The notes under the pieces: model-generated
Seen by the model: only the letters and a program-made list of their open reading frames with translations
What the model was told of the DNA's origin: nothing
The model's database searches: none
Shown: positions 36,657 to 46,342 of the stretch, piece by piece
Numbering within the stretch: the stretch's first letter is position 1
Layout: each line of letters opens with the position of its first letter
Assembly (NCBI GenBank): GCA_035297125.1
Contig: DATGZQ010000019.1
Span: forward strand, 12,940 to 76,939
Reading direction: 5' to 3'
From: Thermoplasmata archaeon
GTDB lineage: Archaea > Thermoplasmatota > Thermoplasmata > Lutacidiplasmatales > UBA184
DNA: 64,000 nt
Position numbers and translations under genes: made by a program

Positions 36657-38750
36657 ATGCCGCCGTACCGCCTGGAACGACACCCCATCCTGGAGGTGCC
36701 CGACCGGCCCGAGATGGTGGCGTTCACCTTCGACGGCCAGCGTCTTTCGGCACGAAGATCGGAGATGATCTCGTCGGCCCTGTTCGCGAACGGGATCCAC
36801 GTGTTCGGGCGCCATCTCAAGGACGGCGCCCCCCAGGGGATCTTCTGCGCGAACGGCCAGTGCGCCCAGTGCCTCGTCGTGGCCGACGGGCGCGCGGTGA
36901 AGGCGTGCATCACGCCCGTCCGGCCCGGCATGCAGGTCCGGTCCGTGATCGGCGTTCCGGAGCTGGAAGCGGACGACGTCCCCCTCAAGGCGATCCCGCA
37001 GGTCCAGGAGGTCGAGACCGACGTGCTGATCGTCGGCGGGGGCCCGGCGGGGCTGACCGCGGCGGCCGAGCTTGCCGAACACGGGGTCGGTGTCATCCTC
37101 TGCGACGACAAGCCGACGCTCGGCGGCAAGCTGAGCCTCCAGACGCACAATTTCTTCGGTTCGGTCGACGATTGCTATGCCGGCCACCGCGGTACGGAGA
37201 TCGGGCAGCTGCTCGAGGCGAAGGTGCGCGGCCACCCCGGCGTCGAGGTGTGGACCGACTCGCCGGTCGTGGGCGTGTTCCAGGACGGCGTGGTGGGCGT
37301 CGTGAAGCAGGGCCGCTTCACGGTGGTGAAGCCGAAGGCCCTCCTCGTCGCGGCCGGCGCCCGCGAGAAGGCGCTCGCGTTCGCGGGAGCGGACCTTCCG
37401 GGTGTGTACGGCGGGGGCGCGTTCCAGACCCTCGTCAACCGGGACCTGATCAAGCCGTCGAAGAAGCTGCTGATCGTCGGCGGAGGCAACGTCGGCCTGA
37501 TCGTCGCCTACCAGGCGCTCCAAGCGGGGATCGACGTGGTCGCGGTGCTCGAGATACTACCCCAGGTCGGCGGGTACAAGGTGCACCGGGACAAGATCGT
37601 TCGGCTGGGCGTGCCGGTCTACACTTCGTACACCGTGCTCCGCGCGGAGGGGAACGATCGCGTGGAGCGGGTGATCGCCGCGCGGGTCGACGACAAGCTC
37701 CGGCCCGTGAACGGCACCGAGGTGGTGTTCGCCGTCGACACGGTGCTCGTCGCCGTCGGGCTCTCTTCCATCAAGGAACTGTTCGAAGAGGGTCAACGTC
37801 TCGGCCTGCGGGTCTACTCCGCGGGCGACGCGCACGAGATCGCGGAAGCCTCCGCGGCGATGTTCTCGGGAAAGATCGCGGCGCGCACGATCCTTCGCGA
37901 CCTCGGTCTCCCCGCGGAGGTCCCGGAAGCGTGGAGCCACATGGGGACCCTTCTCGCCTCGCATCCGGGGCCGGTGCGGGGATTCTACCCCCCGCCTATC
38001 GGCGTCCCGGTCTATCCGGTCATCCGCTGCGCGCAGGAGATCCCCTGCAACCCGTGCACCACGGTCTGCCCGAAGGACAGCATCACGATCCCCGAAGGGA
38101 ACATCCTCGGGCGGCCGAAGCTCGAGGGGGATTGCGTCGGGTGCCTCAAGTGCGTGGCGATCTGCCCGGGGCTCGCGATCACCATGGTGGACCGCCGCTA
38201 CGACCCCACGGGGCAGCGGGCCAAGGTGACGATCCCGTGGGAGATGCCCGAGGAGCTCGTGGCGACCGGCGACACCGTCGCGACGACGGGCTTCGAAGGC
38301 GAGCCCGTGGGCTCCGGGAAAGTGATCCGGGTCCTCTCCGGCAAGGCGCTCAACCGCCGTCGGCTAATGGTCCTCGAGGTACCCGTGGCGGAGGCCGACC
38401 GCGTTGCCGGGGTCCGCATCCGGGAGCTCGAGCCGCTGTTCCACGTCTACGGCGTGGCGCCTCCGAACGATGCGGAGACCGTCATCTGCCGGTGCGAGCG
38501 GGTCTCGAAGGAGACGGTGGCCGACTACATCCGGGCCACCGGCACGCGGGACCTGAACGCCGTCAAGGCCGGGCTCCGCAGCGGAATGGGCCCGTGCGGG
38601 GGAAAGACGTGCGGCGAGCTGATCCTGAGGATCTTCCGGGAGCTGGGGGTGGAACCCACGGCGGTGACGCCCGCGGTCCATCGCCCCTTCACCCAGGAGG
38701 TCCCGATCACGGCCTTCCTCACGGTGGACGATGGCGCATCCGGAGTTTGA
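36657..38750 (+). CDS. L-proline dehydrogenase/sarcosine oxidase alpha-subunit-like iron-sulfur flavoprotein
   Basis: ATG at 36657 preceded by GGACGAGAGG. N-terminal 2Fe-2S-like FCANGQCAQCLVVADGRAVKAC. Rossmann segments LIVGGGPAGLTAA and LIVGGGNVG. A 2x[4Fe-4S] ferredoxin segment (CNPCTTVCP, CVGCLKCVAICP). C-terminal BFD-like CRCERV...GPCGGKTC. Confidence 0.7.
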   Translation: MPPYRLERHPILEVPDRPEMVAFTFDGQRLSARRSEMISSALFANGIHVFGRHLKDGAPQGIFCANGQCAQCLVVADGRAVKACITPVRPGMQVRSVIGVPELEADDVPLKAIPQVQEVETDVLIVGGGPAGLTAAAELAEHGVGVILCDDKPTLGGKLSLQTHNFFGSVDDCYAGHRGTEIGQLLEAKVRGHPGVEVWTDSPVVGVFQDGVVGVVKQGRFTVVKPKALLVAAGAREKALAFAGADLPGVYGGGAFQTLVNRDLIKPSKKLLIVGGGNVGLIVAYQALQAGIDVVAVLEILPQVGGYKVHRDKIVRLGVPVYTSYTVLRAEGNDRVERVIAARVDDKLRPVNGTEVVFAVDTVLVAVGLSSIKELFEEGQRLGLRVYSAGDAHEIAEASAAMFSGKIAARTILRDLGLPAEVPEAWSHMGTLLASHPGPVRGFYPPPIGVPVYPVIRCAQEIPCNPCTTVCPKDSITIPEGNILGRPKLEGDCVGCLKCVAICPGLAITMVDRRYDPTGQRAKVTIPWEMPEELVATGDTVATTGFEGEPVGSGKVIRVLSGKALNRRRLMVLEVPVAEADRVAGVRIRELEPLFHVYGVAPPNDAETVICRCERVSKETVADYIRATGTRDLNAVKAGLRSGMGPCGGKTCGELILRIFRELGVEPTAVTPAVHRPFTQEVPITAFLTVDDGASGV

Positions 38751-39900
38751 CGCGATCGTCATTGGCGCGGGGTCGGTCGGCAACCCCACGGCGTACTTTC
38801 TCGCCCGGGAAGGGGTCCGTACGCTCGTCCTTGACGAGATGCCGTCCTCGGGGCAGGGTCAGAACAAGGCGGCGATCGGTGGGGTGCGCGCGACCCATTC
38901 CGACCCGGCGAAAATCCGGCTCGGCCAGCAGAGCCTGGAGGTCTTCGCCCAGTGGAAGGGTGCGACCGGAACCGACATCGGCTGGAAGAAGGGCGGGTAC
39001 TGCTTTCCGGCGTTCGACGAGCACGTCGAGGCCACTCTCCAGAAGCTGCTCCCGATTCAGAAGTCCCACCGGCTGAACATCGACTGGCACGACGCCGAGG
39101 GGATCCGCCGTGTCGTCTCCGGGATAACCCCGGTCGGTCTCCGCGGCGGGACGTACTCTCCGGACGACGGGCAGGTGAGCCCGCTCAAGGCGGCGGAGTC
39201 GTTCACGCAGGAGGCGGTACGGCTCCACGCCCAGTACCGATACCGCGAGCCCGTCACCTCCCTGGTGACGGAGGACCACGCCGTGGCCGGCGTGAGGACG
39301 GAACAGGGCGAGTACCGCGCCCCCTGTGTGATCATCGCGGCGGGCACCCACGCGACCCGCCTCTGTCAGATGGCGGGCCTCGACCTTCCGGTGCTTCCGG
39401 AGAGCCACGAGGCCGGGATCTCGGCCCCGGTCCAGGAGTTCCTCGGTCCCCTGGTCGTGGACCTCCGGCCCGGCCCCGAGGGGAAGACGACCAACTTCTA
39501 TTTCGGGCAGGACTCGGACGGCCAGATTATCTTCTGCTACACCCCCAAGGAAAAGTTCCCCGGCGAGAATCGCACCTCGACGTTCGAGTTCATGCCGGTC
39601 GTCGCGGCGCGTCTCGTGAACCTGATCCCACGCCTCAAGAACCTGACCATTCGCCGCGTGTGGCGGGGGCTCTACCCGATGACCCCCGACGGCAACCCGA
39701 TCGTCGGCAAGGCCCCGAACGTGAGCGGCCTCCTCCTCGGGATCGGGATGTGCGGTCAGGGGTTCATGCTGGGTCCCGGCGTGGGGATGAACCTCGCCTC
39801 GCTCGCGATCCGGGGTCAGCCCGCCATCGAGCCGGGGATCTTCGACCTTCTGAGCCCGGCCCGGGACCTCTACGGCGGCAAGAAGGAATCCCTGAAGTAA
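38731..39900 (+). CDS. FAD-dependent oxidoreductase, L-proline dehydrogenase/sarcosine oxidase beta-subunit-like
   Basis: 389 aa. AIVIGAGSVGNPTAYFLA Rossmann motif. GMCGQGFMLGPG DAO-family C-terminus. Overlaps the alpha-like gene by 20 nt. Confidence 0.7.
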   Translation: MAHPEFDAIVIGAGSVGNPTAYFLAREGVRTLVLDEMPSSGQGQNKAAIGGVRATHSDPAKIRLGQQSLEVFAQWKGATGTDIGWKKGGYCFPAFDEHVEATLQKLLPIQKSHRLNIDWHDAEGIRRVVSGITPVGLRGGTYSPDDGQVSPLKAAESFTQEAVRLHAQYRYREPVTSLVTEDHAVAGVRTEQGEYRAPCVIIAAGTHATRLCQMAGLDLPVLPESHEAGISAPVQEFLGPLVVDLRPGPEGKTTNFYFGQDSDGQIIFCYTPKEKFPGENRTSTFEFMPVVAARLVNLIPRLKNLTIRRVWRGLYPMTPDGNPIVGKAPNVSGLLLGIGMCGQGFMLGPGVGMNLASLAIRGQPAIEPGIFDLLSPARDLYGGKKESLK

Positions 39901-39964
39901 GCCCCTCCGGAAACGCGTCGCCTGCTGCTCGCGGGCCCCGTGGTCTCGGTCCGGGGGCCCGCTT

Positions 39965-40849
39965 ATGGTCGCGTGGACGTACGGCGATCGTATGGCGACT
40001 CAGGCGGAGAAGGCCGAGGCGTTCCGCGCCCTGCACCACGGACCCCATCCGCTCGTCCTCCCCAACGCCTGGGACGTGCCGAGCGCGCGCGTGTTCGAGG
40101 AGGCCGGTTTCCCGGCGGTCGCGACATCCAGCGCGGGTCTGATGGTTTCGCGGGGATATCGGGACGGCGAGGAGATGCCCCGCCGCGAACTCGTGGAGGC
40201 GGTCGGGCGGATCGCGGGGAAGCTCTCCGTCCCCCTGAGCGCTGACGTCGTGGGCGGGTACGGGCGTACGGCTCGCGAGGTCGCCTCCACCGTCCGCCTG
40301 ATCCTCGCGGCCGGGGCGGTCGGGATCAACCTCGAGGACCTGGAGCCGTCGGCCGGCGGCCTGCATCCGGTCGAGGTGCAGGTCGAGAAGATCGAGGCGG
40401 TTCGCCGCCTCGGAAAGTCCCAGGGGATTCCGCTCGTGATCAACGCTCGGACCGACGCGTTCCGGCACGCGACCGGGAACGACGAGGAACGGCTGCACGA
40501 GGCGATCCGCCGGTCGATCGCGTACCGCGATGCGGGGGCTGATTGCGTCTACCCGATGGGGGTGAGCGACGCCGCCGCCATCGGGGCGTTCGTTCGCGCG
40601 CTCGGCTGTCCGGTGAACGTGATGATCCGCAAGGGGCTCCCGACGGTGGGCCAGCTCGAGAAGCTCGGGGTGAAACGGGTGAGCTTCGGCCCCTCCGCCT
40701 CGTACGCGGCGATGGGACTGCTCAAGCGGGCCAGCCAGGAGGTCCTCTCCCGAGGGACGTACGGAGCGCTCCTCGACGGGGCGATCACGTTCGACGAGCT
40801 CAACCAACTGGCCGCGCGAAGGGCCCCCGGGAACGCGACTCACACCTGA
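39965..40849 (+). CDS. isocitrate lyase/PEP mutase-family enzyme (carboxyvinyl-carboxyphosphonate phosphorylmutase / methylisocitrate lyase-like)
   Basis: LVLPNAWDVPSARVFEEAGFPAVATSSAG is the ICL/PEPM N-terminal signature. The start may instead be the ATG at 39992. Confidence 0.6.
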   Translation: MVAWTYGDRMATQAEKAEAFRALHHGPHPLVLPNAWDVPSARVFEEAGFPAVATSSAGLMVSRGYRDGEEMPRRELVEAVGRIAGKLSVPLSADVVGGYGRTAREVASTVRLILAAGAVGINLEDLEPSAGGLHPVEVQVEKIEAVRRLGKSQGIPLVINARTDAFRHATGNDEERLHEAIRRSIAYRDAGADCVYPMGVSDAAAIGAFVRALGCPVNVMIRKGLPTVGQLEKLGVKRVSFGPSASYAAMGLLKRASQEVLSRGTYGALLDGAITFDELNQLAARRAPGNATHT

Positions 40850-40894
40850 ACGCGGGCCCCGACCGGTGGAAGCGCCCCGGTCGGACCGGGGGAG

Positions 40895-40979
40895 TGCGGG
40901 GAGAGGGATTTGAACCCACGAACCCCTACGGGACCAGACCCTGAATCTGGCGCCTTTGACCAAGCTGGGCGATCCCCGC
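40895..40979 (-). tRNA. tRNA-Leu (anticodon CAG)
   Basis: The minus-strand read GCGGGGATCGCCCAGCTTGGTCAAAGGCGCCAGATTCAGGGTCTGGTCCCGTAGGGGTTCGTGGGTTCAAATCCCTCTCCCCGCA folds as a cloverleaf. It has a 7-bp acceptor stem, an anticodon loop TTCAGGG and a long variable arm (type II). The T-loop is GTTCAAATCC. CCA is not encoded. Confidence 0.75.
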
Positions 40980-41027
40980 GCGGTCGGGCGGAGCGGGGTG
41001 GCGCATAAGACCGTTCCGCGAGAACGG

Positions 41028-41849
41028 TCAGGCCCGGGCCGACGCGGCGGCCGGCGCGCGTCCCTTCGCGCTGCCGAGAACGTCCATCGCCTCGGCCACG
41101 GTCGCCTTCTCGTGCACGATCGCACGAAGCGCCTTCAGCATCGCAACGGGGTGGTCCGACTGCCAGATGTTCCGTCCCATGTCGATCCCGTGCGCCCCCT
41201 TCGCGATCGCGCTGTGCGCGAGCTCGAGAGCGGCCCGGTCGCTGTCGAGCTTCGGCCCGCCGGCGACCACGAGGGGGACGGGGCATCCTTCGACGACCTT
41301 TTCGAACCCGTCGCAGTAGTACGTCTTCACGAGGTGTGCGCCCAGCTCCGCCGAGACGCGGCAGGCGAGAGCGAGATAGCGCGCGTCGCGCTTCTCGAGC
41401 TCCTTGCCCACGGCCGTGATGGCCATGACAGGAATGCCCGCCTCCTCACCCTCGTCCACGAGCTTCGAGAGGTTCACGAGCGACTCGTGCTCGTGGGGCG
41501 CCCCTACGAACACGGAGAGCGCGACCCCGCAGACGTTCAGTCGCGCGGCGTCCCGCATCGCCGTCGTGATCGTCTCGTGGGAGAGGTCCTCCTTGAGGAC
41601 CGTGGCACCGCCGGAGACCCGGAGCATGACGGGCGTTGCGCTGGTCGACGGGACGGACGTGCGGAGGATCCCGCGGGTGAGCGCGACGGCGTCCGCGTAG
41701 GGGAGGAGCGGCGCGATGGTCGCCCGGGCGTCCTCGAGGTGGTGGGTCGGTCCCATGAAGTACCCGTGGTCGACCGCGAGCATCACCGCGTTCCCGTTCT
41801 CGCCACCCGGGAACATACGGGCCAATCGATTGCGCATTCCCCAGTCCAT
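41028..41849 (-). CDS. class I aldolase of the DhnA/FbaB family (fructose-bisphosphate aldolase or ADH synthase AroA')
   Basis: 273 aa. AVMLAVDHGYFMGPT and Schiff-base Lys context HLVKTYY. The length fits the archaeal type. Confidence 0.65.
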   Translation of the reverse strand: MDWGMRNRLARMFPGGENGNAVMLAVDHGYFMGPTHHLEDARATIAPLLPYADAVALTRGILRTSVPSTSATPVMLRVSGGATVLKEDLSHETITTAMRDAARLNVCGVALSVFVGAPHEHESLVNLSKLVDEGEEAGIPVMAITAVGKELEKRDARYLALACRVSAELGAHLVKTYYCDGFEKVVEGCPVPLVVAGGPKLDSDRAALELAHSAIAKGAHGIDMGRNIWQSDHPVAMLKALRAIVHEKATVAEAMDVLGSAKGRAPAAASARA

Positions 41850-41919
41850 CCGCTTCCTCCGACCCCCGCGCGACGGGGCCGGAGCTCATAGCGGTTGGGG
41901 AATCGCGCGCGCCCCCGGA

Positions 41920-42411
41920 TCAGTCGGGCGGGGTCCGCTCCATCCCTCGGAGGGAGACCGGCACCCGCCGGTCCTCCTTCACTCGATTCAGGACGACCCG
42001 GGTGTTCGACCGCTCGACGTGAGGATCCTGGAGCGCGTGCTTCACGAACCGGTCGAGGTCCCTGCGGTCGCGGAACCGGCCGATCAGGAGGGCGTCGTCG
42101 TCGCCCGTGACGTCGTAGATGGCGTACACCCTCGGGTCCTTCGCGAGATGCTCCTCGACCTCCCTCAAGCGGCCCTTCGAGATCCGGATCCCGATCGCGG
42201 CCCAGAGGTCCCAACCGAGCTGCTCGTCGTCGAGGATCGGGATGTACCCTCGGATGATGCCCTGCTCCTCGAGCCGCCCGATCCGAGAGCTCACCGTCGT
42301 CGGAGAGACCTTGAGGCGGCGGCCGATATCCCGGTGGCTCCGGCGCGCGTCGACGTTCAATTCCTCGAGGATCGACCGGTCGAGCGCGTCCAGAGTGGAC
42401 ATTCGCCGCAT
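41920..42411 (-). CDS. lrp: Lrp/AsnC-family transcriptional regulator
   Basis: 163 aa. N-terminal HTH (LDRSILEELNVDARRSHRDIGRRLKVSPTTVSSRIGRLEEQGII) plus a C-terminal RAM domain. Divergent from glnA. Confidence 0.8.
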   Translation of the reverse strand: MRRMSTLDALDRSILEELNVDARRSHRDIGRRLKVSPTTVSSRIGRLEEQGIIRGYIPILDDEQLGWDLWAAIGIRISKGRLREVEEHLAKDPRVYAIYDVTGDDDALLIGRFRDRRDLDRFVKHALQDPHVERSNTRVVLNRVKEDRRVPVSLRGMERTPPD

Positions 42412-42527
42412 ACAACTTCAAGGATACATCTGAAAATAAACCCTGCGCTCGTGACTTTGGGCGTTCGTCCATAATTTTCGACTGAGGCTTGATGTAGCCG
42501 GAGACAGTCGGGGCACCGGGTGCGAAC

Positions 42528-43988
42528 GTGGCATCGCAGCGGGGAAAACAGTCGATGGACGGCGAGTCGGTGGTCGAGCGCCTGGCGACCGACAAGGTGC
42601 GCTGGGTCCAGTTGTTCTACACGGACGTCTTCGGCGGGCTAAACCAGCTCGACATCCCGCGCCACGCCCTCGAGGCCGAGATGTTCAGGACCGGGGTCCC
42701 CAAGCTCGACGGTTCATCGGTCCGGGGATTCCGCGAGATCTTCGAGTCCGACATGCTGCTCGTTCCCGATCCCCAGACGATGGCGAACATCCCGTGGAAC
42801 CCGGAGGCCGGGCGCACGGTCCGGTTCATCTGCGATGTCCGGCTCGGCGCCTCGAGCGAGCCGTACGAGCACGACCCGCGGGGGGTCGCGCGGAAGGCGG
42901 AGCAGGTGCTCGCGGCGGCCGGCTACGACCGGTCGTACTGGGGACCCGAGATCGAGTTCTTCGTCTTCGACAGCGTCCAGCTCGTCCCATCCTACGCCGG
43001 GGTCCGGGACGCATGGGCGGGGGCGGGCTACCTCATCGGCCAGTCCGAGGCGCCGTGGGACCCGGCCAGCGGCCAGCCGACGATCCGGTTCAAGGAAGGG
43101 TACCACCGAACGCCCCCTACCGACTCCTTGGTCGGCCTGCGCGCGGAGATGTGCAACATTCTGGCCGACGACTTCCACATCATCATGGACGCGCACCACC
43201 ACGAAGTGGCCACCGCGAGCCAGTCGGAACTGAACGTCCGGTTCGACGAGCTGGTCCCTATGGCGGACCACATCCAGGACGTCCGCTACGTGATCAAGAA
43301 CGTCGCCCGCCGCCACGGGAAGGTCGCCTGCCTGATGCCGAAGCCTATCTATGGCGACAACGGGATCGGGATGCACACCAACCAGTCGCTCTGGACGAAG
43401 GGGAAGAACGCCTTTTACGACCCCGACGACGAGTACGCCGAGGTCAGCCAGGCATGCCGCTACTACATCGGCGGGCTTCTCGAGCACGCCCGCGCGCTGT
43501 GCGCGATAACGAACCCGATCACCAACTCCTACCGCCGGCTCGTCCCGGGGTACGAGGCCCCCGTGTTTATCGCCTGGAGCAAGGCGAACCGCTCGGCGAA
43601 CGTGCGCATCCCGTTCTACCACCGAGGTCGAGCCGCGGCCAAGCGGATCGAGTACCGTACGCCCGACTCCGCCGCGAACATTTACCTCACCGAGGCCGCG
43701 CTCGCGATGGCGGGGCTCGACGGGATCCGCCGGAAGATCGAGCCGCCACCCCCGGTGGACGAGAACATCTACAAGCTCACCCCCGCCAAACGAAAGCAGC
43801 TCCGGATCCGCGAGCTACCCGGCTCGCTCAGCGAGTCGCTCGATTGCCTCGCCTCCGACCGCGACTTCCTCAAGCCCGCGTTCGCCGGTTCGCTGATCGA
43901 CACCTACATCGAGATGAAGCGCGAGGAGCAGCTCGAACTGAACCTGCGGCCCCATCCGTACGAGTTCTACCGGTACCTCGACGTTTAG
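42528..43988 (+). CDS. glnA: glutamine synthetase, type I
   Basis: 486 aa. GS beta-grasp and catalytic-domain motifs (GPEIEFFVFD, the NxYxxxxxG(H/D) region, KPIYGDNGIGMHTNQS). Confidence 0.85.
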   Translation: MASQRGKQSMDGESVVERLATDKVRWVQLFYTDVFGGLNQLDIPRHALEAEMFRTGVPKLDGSSVRGFREIFESDMLLVPDPQTMANIPWNPEAGRTVRFICDVRLGASSEPYEHDPRGVARKAEQVLAAAGYDRSYWGPEIEFFVFDSVQLVPSYAGVRDAWAGAGYLIGQSEAPWDPASGQPTIRFKEGYHRTPPTDSLVGLRAEMCNILADDFHIIMDAHHHEVATASQSELNVRFDELVPMADHIQDVRYVIKNVARRHGKVACLMPKPIYGDNGIGMHTNQSLWTKGKNAFYDPDDEYAEVSQACRYYIGGLLEHARALCAITNPITNSYRRLVPGYEAPVFIAWSKANRSANVRIPFYHRGRAAAKRIEYRTPDSAANIYLTEAALAMAGLDGIRRKIEPPPPVDENIYKLTPAKRKQLRIRELPGSLSESLDCLASDRDFLKPAFAGSLIDTYIEMKREEQLELNLRPHPYEFYRYLDV

Positions 43989-44022
43989 GGCGGACGGCAG
44001 CTCCCCGTCGGCCGTCACACGG

Positions 44023-45615
44023 GTGTCGGGCGGGGACGGACCGGTGACGGAGGCGTCCCTCTGGTCGGGGGGCCGGGTGTTCACGGGCCGGCGCTACGTG
44101 GAGTCGATCCTGGTCGAGAGCGGCCGGGTCCTCTTCGCTGGGGCGCTCGGCGGTGCGCAACGGCTCGCGCCCACGGGCGTCGAGCGGCGGGCGCTCGGAG
44201 GGCGCCTCCTAATCCCAGGGATCGTGGACGCCCACGTGCACCTCTCGGACCTGACGCGGGTCCGGGAAGGGTTCGACCTTTCCGCGACCCGGTCGCTCGC
44301 CGAGCTTCGGGACCGCCTGTCCGCATGGGCGGTCGAGCACCCGTCGGGGCCGATCGTCGGCCGGGGGTGGGACCCCGAGCGGTGGAAGGGCGGGCGCTGG
44401 CCGGAGATCCGGGACGTCGACCCGGTCGTTCCCGACCGTCCGACGATCCTCTACCACGCGAGCGGCCATGCCGCCCTGCTCAACTCCGCCGCCCTCCGAG
44501 CGAGCGGGGTTCTTCGGGCAGGGGCGGTGCGCGACCCAGCGATGATCGGCCGATCCGCGGACGGAACGCCGAACGGTATCCTCTACGAGGAGGCGCTCCG
44601 CCTCGCCGGTTCGATCGCCTCCGATCGGGGTCCCGGCGGCGAGGGCCTCGCGCGCACGTTGGGGGTGCTCGCCGCGCACGGCATCACGGCCGTCGGGGCG
44701 ATGAGCGCGAGTCCCCACGAGGTCCGTGCGCTCCGCACCCTAGACGCCTCCGGTCGCCTCGCCCTCACGGTCCGGGCCTACGTCCGCCTGTCCGAGCTCT
44801 CCGTGTTCTCGGCGCCCGACCTGGTCGCGGGCTCGCGGCGGCTGTCGGTGGTCGGGGTGAAGGCGTTCCTCGACGGTGCCTTCGGGCCGCGGACCGCGGC
44901 TCTCCGAAGGCCGTACTCGGACGACCCCTCGAACTCGGGAATCCCCGTCGGGGACGATGGGGAGCTCACCCACCAGCTCGCCGAGGCCGGCCGGCGCGGA
45001 CTCGTACCGGCGCTCCACGCGATCGGCGACAGCGCGGTGGAGAGGGCCGCACGGTTGCTCCGGCCATGGACGGGACGTTCCGGACCTCCGGCGCGCGTCG
45101 AGCACGCGGCGCTGACGCCGCCCGAGGCCCTCGGACCCCTGTTCGAGGCCCGTCCGGCGCTCGTCGTCCAACCAGGGTTCGTCTGGAGCGATTCCTGGCT
45201 CGCGGACCGCCTCGGGCCGGCGAGGTGCCATTGGGCCTACGCGTTCCGGACGCTGATCAATCGCGGCTTCGTCGTCGCCGGCTCGAGCGACGCACCGTAC
45301 GACCCCGTCGATCCGTGGCGGGGGCTGCGGGCCGCCGTGGACCGCCGCGACCCTTCCGGCCGGTCGGCGAACCCCGACCCCGGCGAGGCGCTGTCCCCCG
45401 AGGAGGCGCTCGGACTGTACACGACGAACGCCGCGGCATCGGTCGGATTGCCGACCTACGGGCATCTCGAGGCGGGGGGAGTCGCCGACTTGGTCGTGCT
45501 CACGACCCCCGACCTCCGCCTGGCGCTCGCCTCCGGTGCCCCGCCGGTCCGCGAAACGTGGGTCGCGGGCCAGAGAGTGTACGCGGCACCGGGGCCCGTG
45601 GGTCAGCAAGCCTAA
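44023..45615 (+). CDS. amidohydrolase-3 family metal-dependent hydrolase
   Basis: 530 aa. GRLLIPGIVDAHVHL metal-binding HxH motif and the C-terminal amidohydrolase_3 region (GSSDAPYDP). Confidence 0.65.
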   Translation: MSGGDGPVTEASLWSGGRVFTGRRYVESILVESGRVLFAGALGGAQRLAPTGVERRALGGRLLIPGIVDAHVHLSDLTRVREGFDLSATRSLAELRDRLSAWAVEHPSGPIVGRGWDPERWKGGRWPEIRDVDPVVPDRPTILYHASGHAALLNSAALRASGVLRAGAVRDPAMIGRSADGTPNGILYEEALRLAGSIASDRGPGGEGLARTLGVLAAHGITAVGAMSASPHEVRALRTLDASGRLALTVRAYVRLSELSVFSAPDLVAGSRRLSVVGVKAFLDGAFGPRTAALRRPYSDDPSNSGIPVGDDGELTHQLAEAGRRGLVPALHAIGDSAVERAARLLRPWTGRSGPPARVEHAALTPPEALGPLFEARPALVVQPGFVWSDSWLADRLGPARCHWAYAFRTLINRGFVVAGSSDAPYDPVDPWRGLRAAVDRRDPSGRSANPDPGEALSPEEALGLYTTNAAASVGLPTYGHLEAGGVADLVVLTTPDLRLALASGAPPVRETWVAGQRVYAAPGPVGQQA

Positions 45616-45665
45616 GTCCCCCGTTCCCTCGTCGGGCCGTGCCCGACCCCTCCGAACCCCCCGTG

Positions 45666-46277
45666 ATGAGGGAGTTCTCGCCCACGATGCGGGTAGACGT
45701 CCTCGTCTCCGACTGGAGGGCAACGCTCCCGGTCGAATCCTCCCAGGAGGAACGCGAGCGCGAACTCTACGGCAAGGCGTGGGAGGCGTACCAGGAGGGC
45801 GACTACGGGTTCGGCCTGTGGTGCTGGCACGAGGTCGACCGCCTCACGAACAGCCTCAAGGGCAGCATCCGGGAAGTGACGCGGATCGTCGGACCGGGCC
45901 GGTACTTCGGGTTCTCCCATAGGCGCGTGGTGGCGGTTGCGGTCCCGATCGAGCGGATCTACCGGCCGCGCAAGGGGGACATGAGCACTCCCCGGACCGA
46001 CGCGTTCGTCCTCCCCCACTACCAGGTCCTGTGCGTCTACCTTGCCCAGGCGGGCGCCGGGGATCCGAAGGCGAAGGCGCTGCTCGAGATCGCGCTGGGC
46101 GAGCTCGAGGACCGCCGACGGGCCGACCCTTTCCTGCCCCATTTCGAGACGTTCCGGCAGCTGGTCGATCGCACGAGCGCCGCCAGCGCCGCTAGCGCCG
46201 CCCCGACCACGGCCCCGGTGAGCGCCCCGCGCGCGCCGGAGACGCCCGCCCGGGGCCGGAAGAACCGGGCGCGTTGA
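45666..46277 (+). CDS. hypothetical protein
   Basis: 203 aa, beginning MREFSPTMRVDV at ATG 45666. Ala/Pro-rich C-terminal tail. No recognisable domain. Confidence 0.4.
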   Translation: MREFSPTMRVDVLVSDWRATLPVESSQEERERELYGKAWEAYQEGDYGFGLWCWHEVDRLTNSLKGSIREVTRIVGPGRYFGFSHRRVVAVAVPIERIYRPRKGDMSTPRTDAFVLPHYQVLCVYLAQAGAGDPKAKALLEIALGELEDRRRADPFLPHFETFRQLVDRTSAASAASAAPTTAPVSAPRAPETPARGRKNRAR

Positions 46278-46342
46278 GGCGCTGGACCCGTCCGGTCCGA
46301 AGCCGCCTTTAGCGCACTCCGCTCGCTCCGGCCGAGGCTGCG

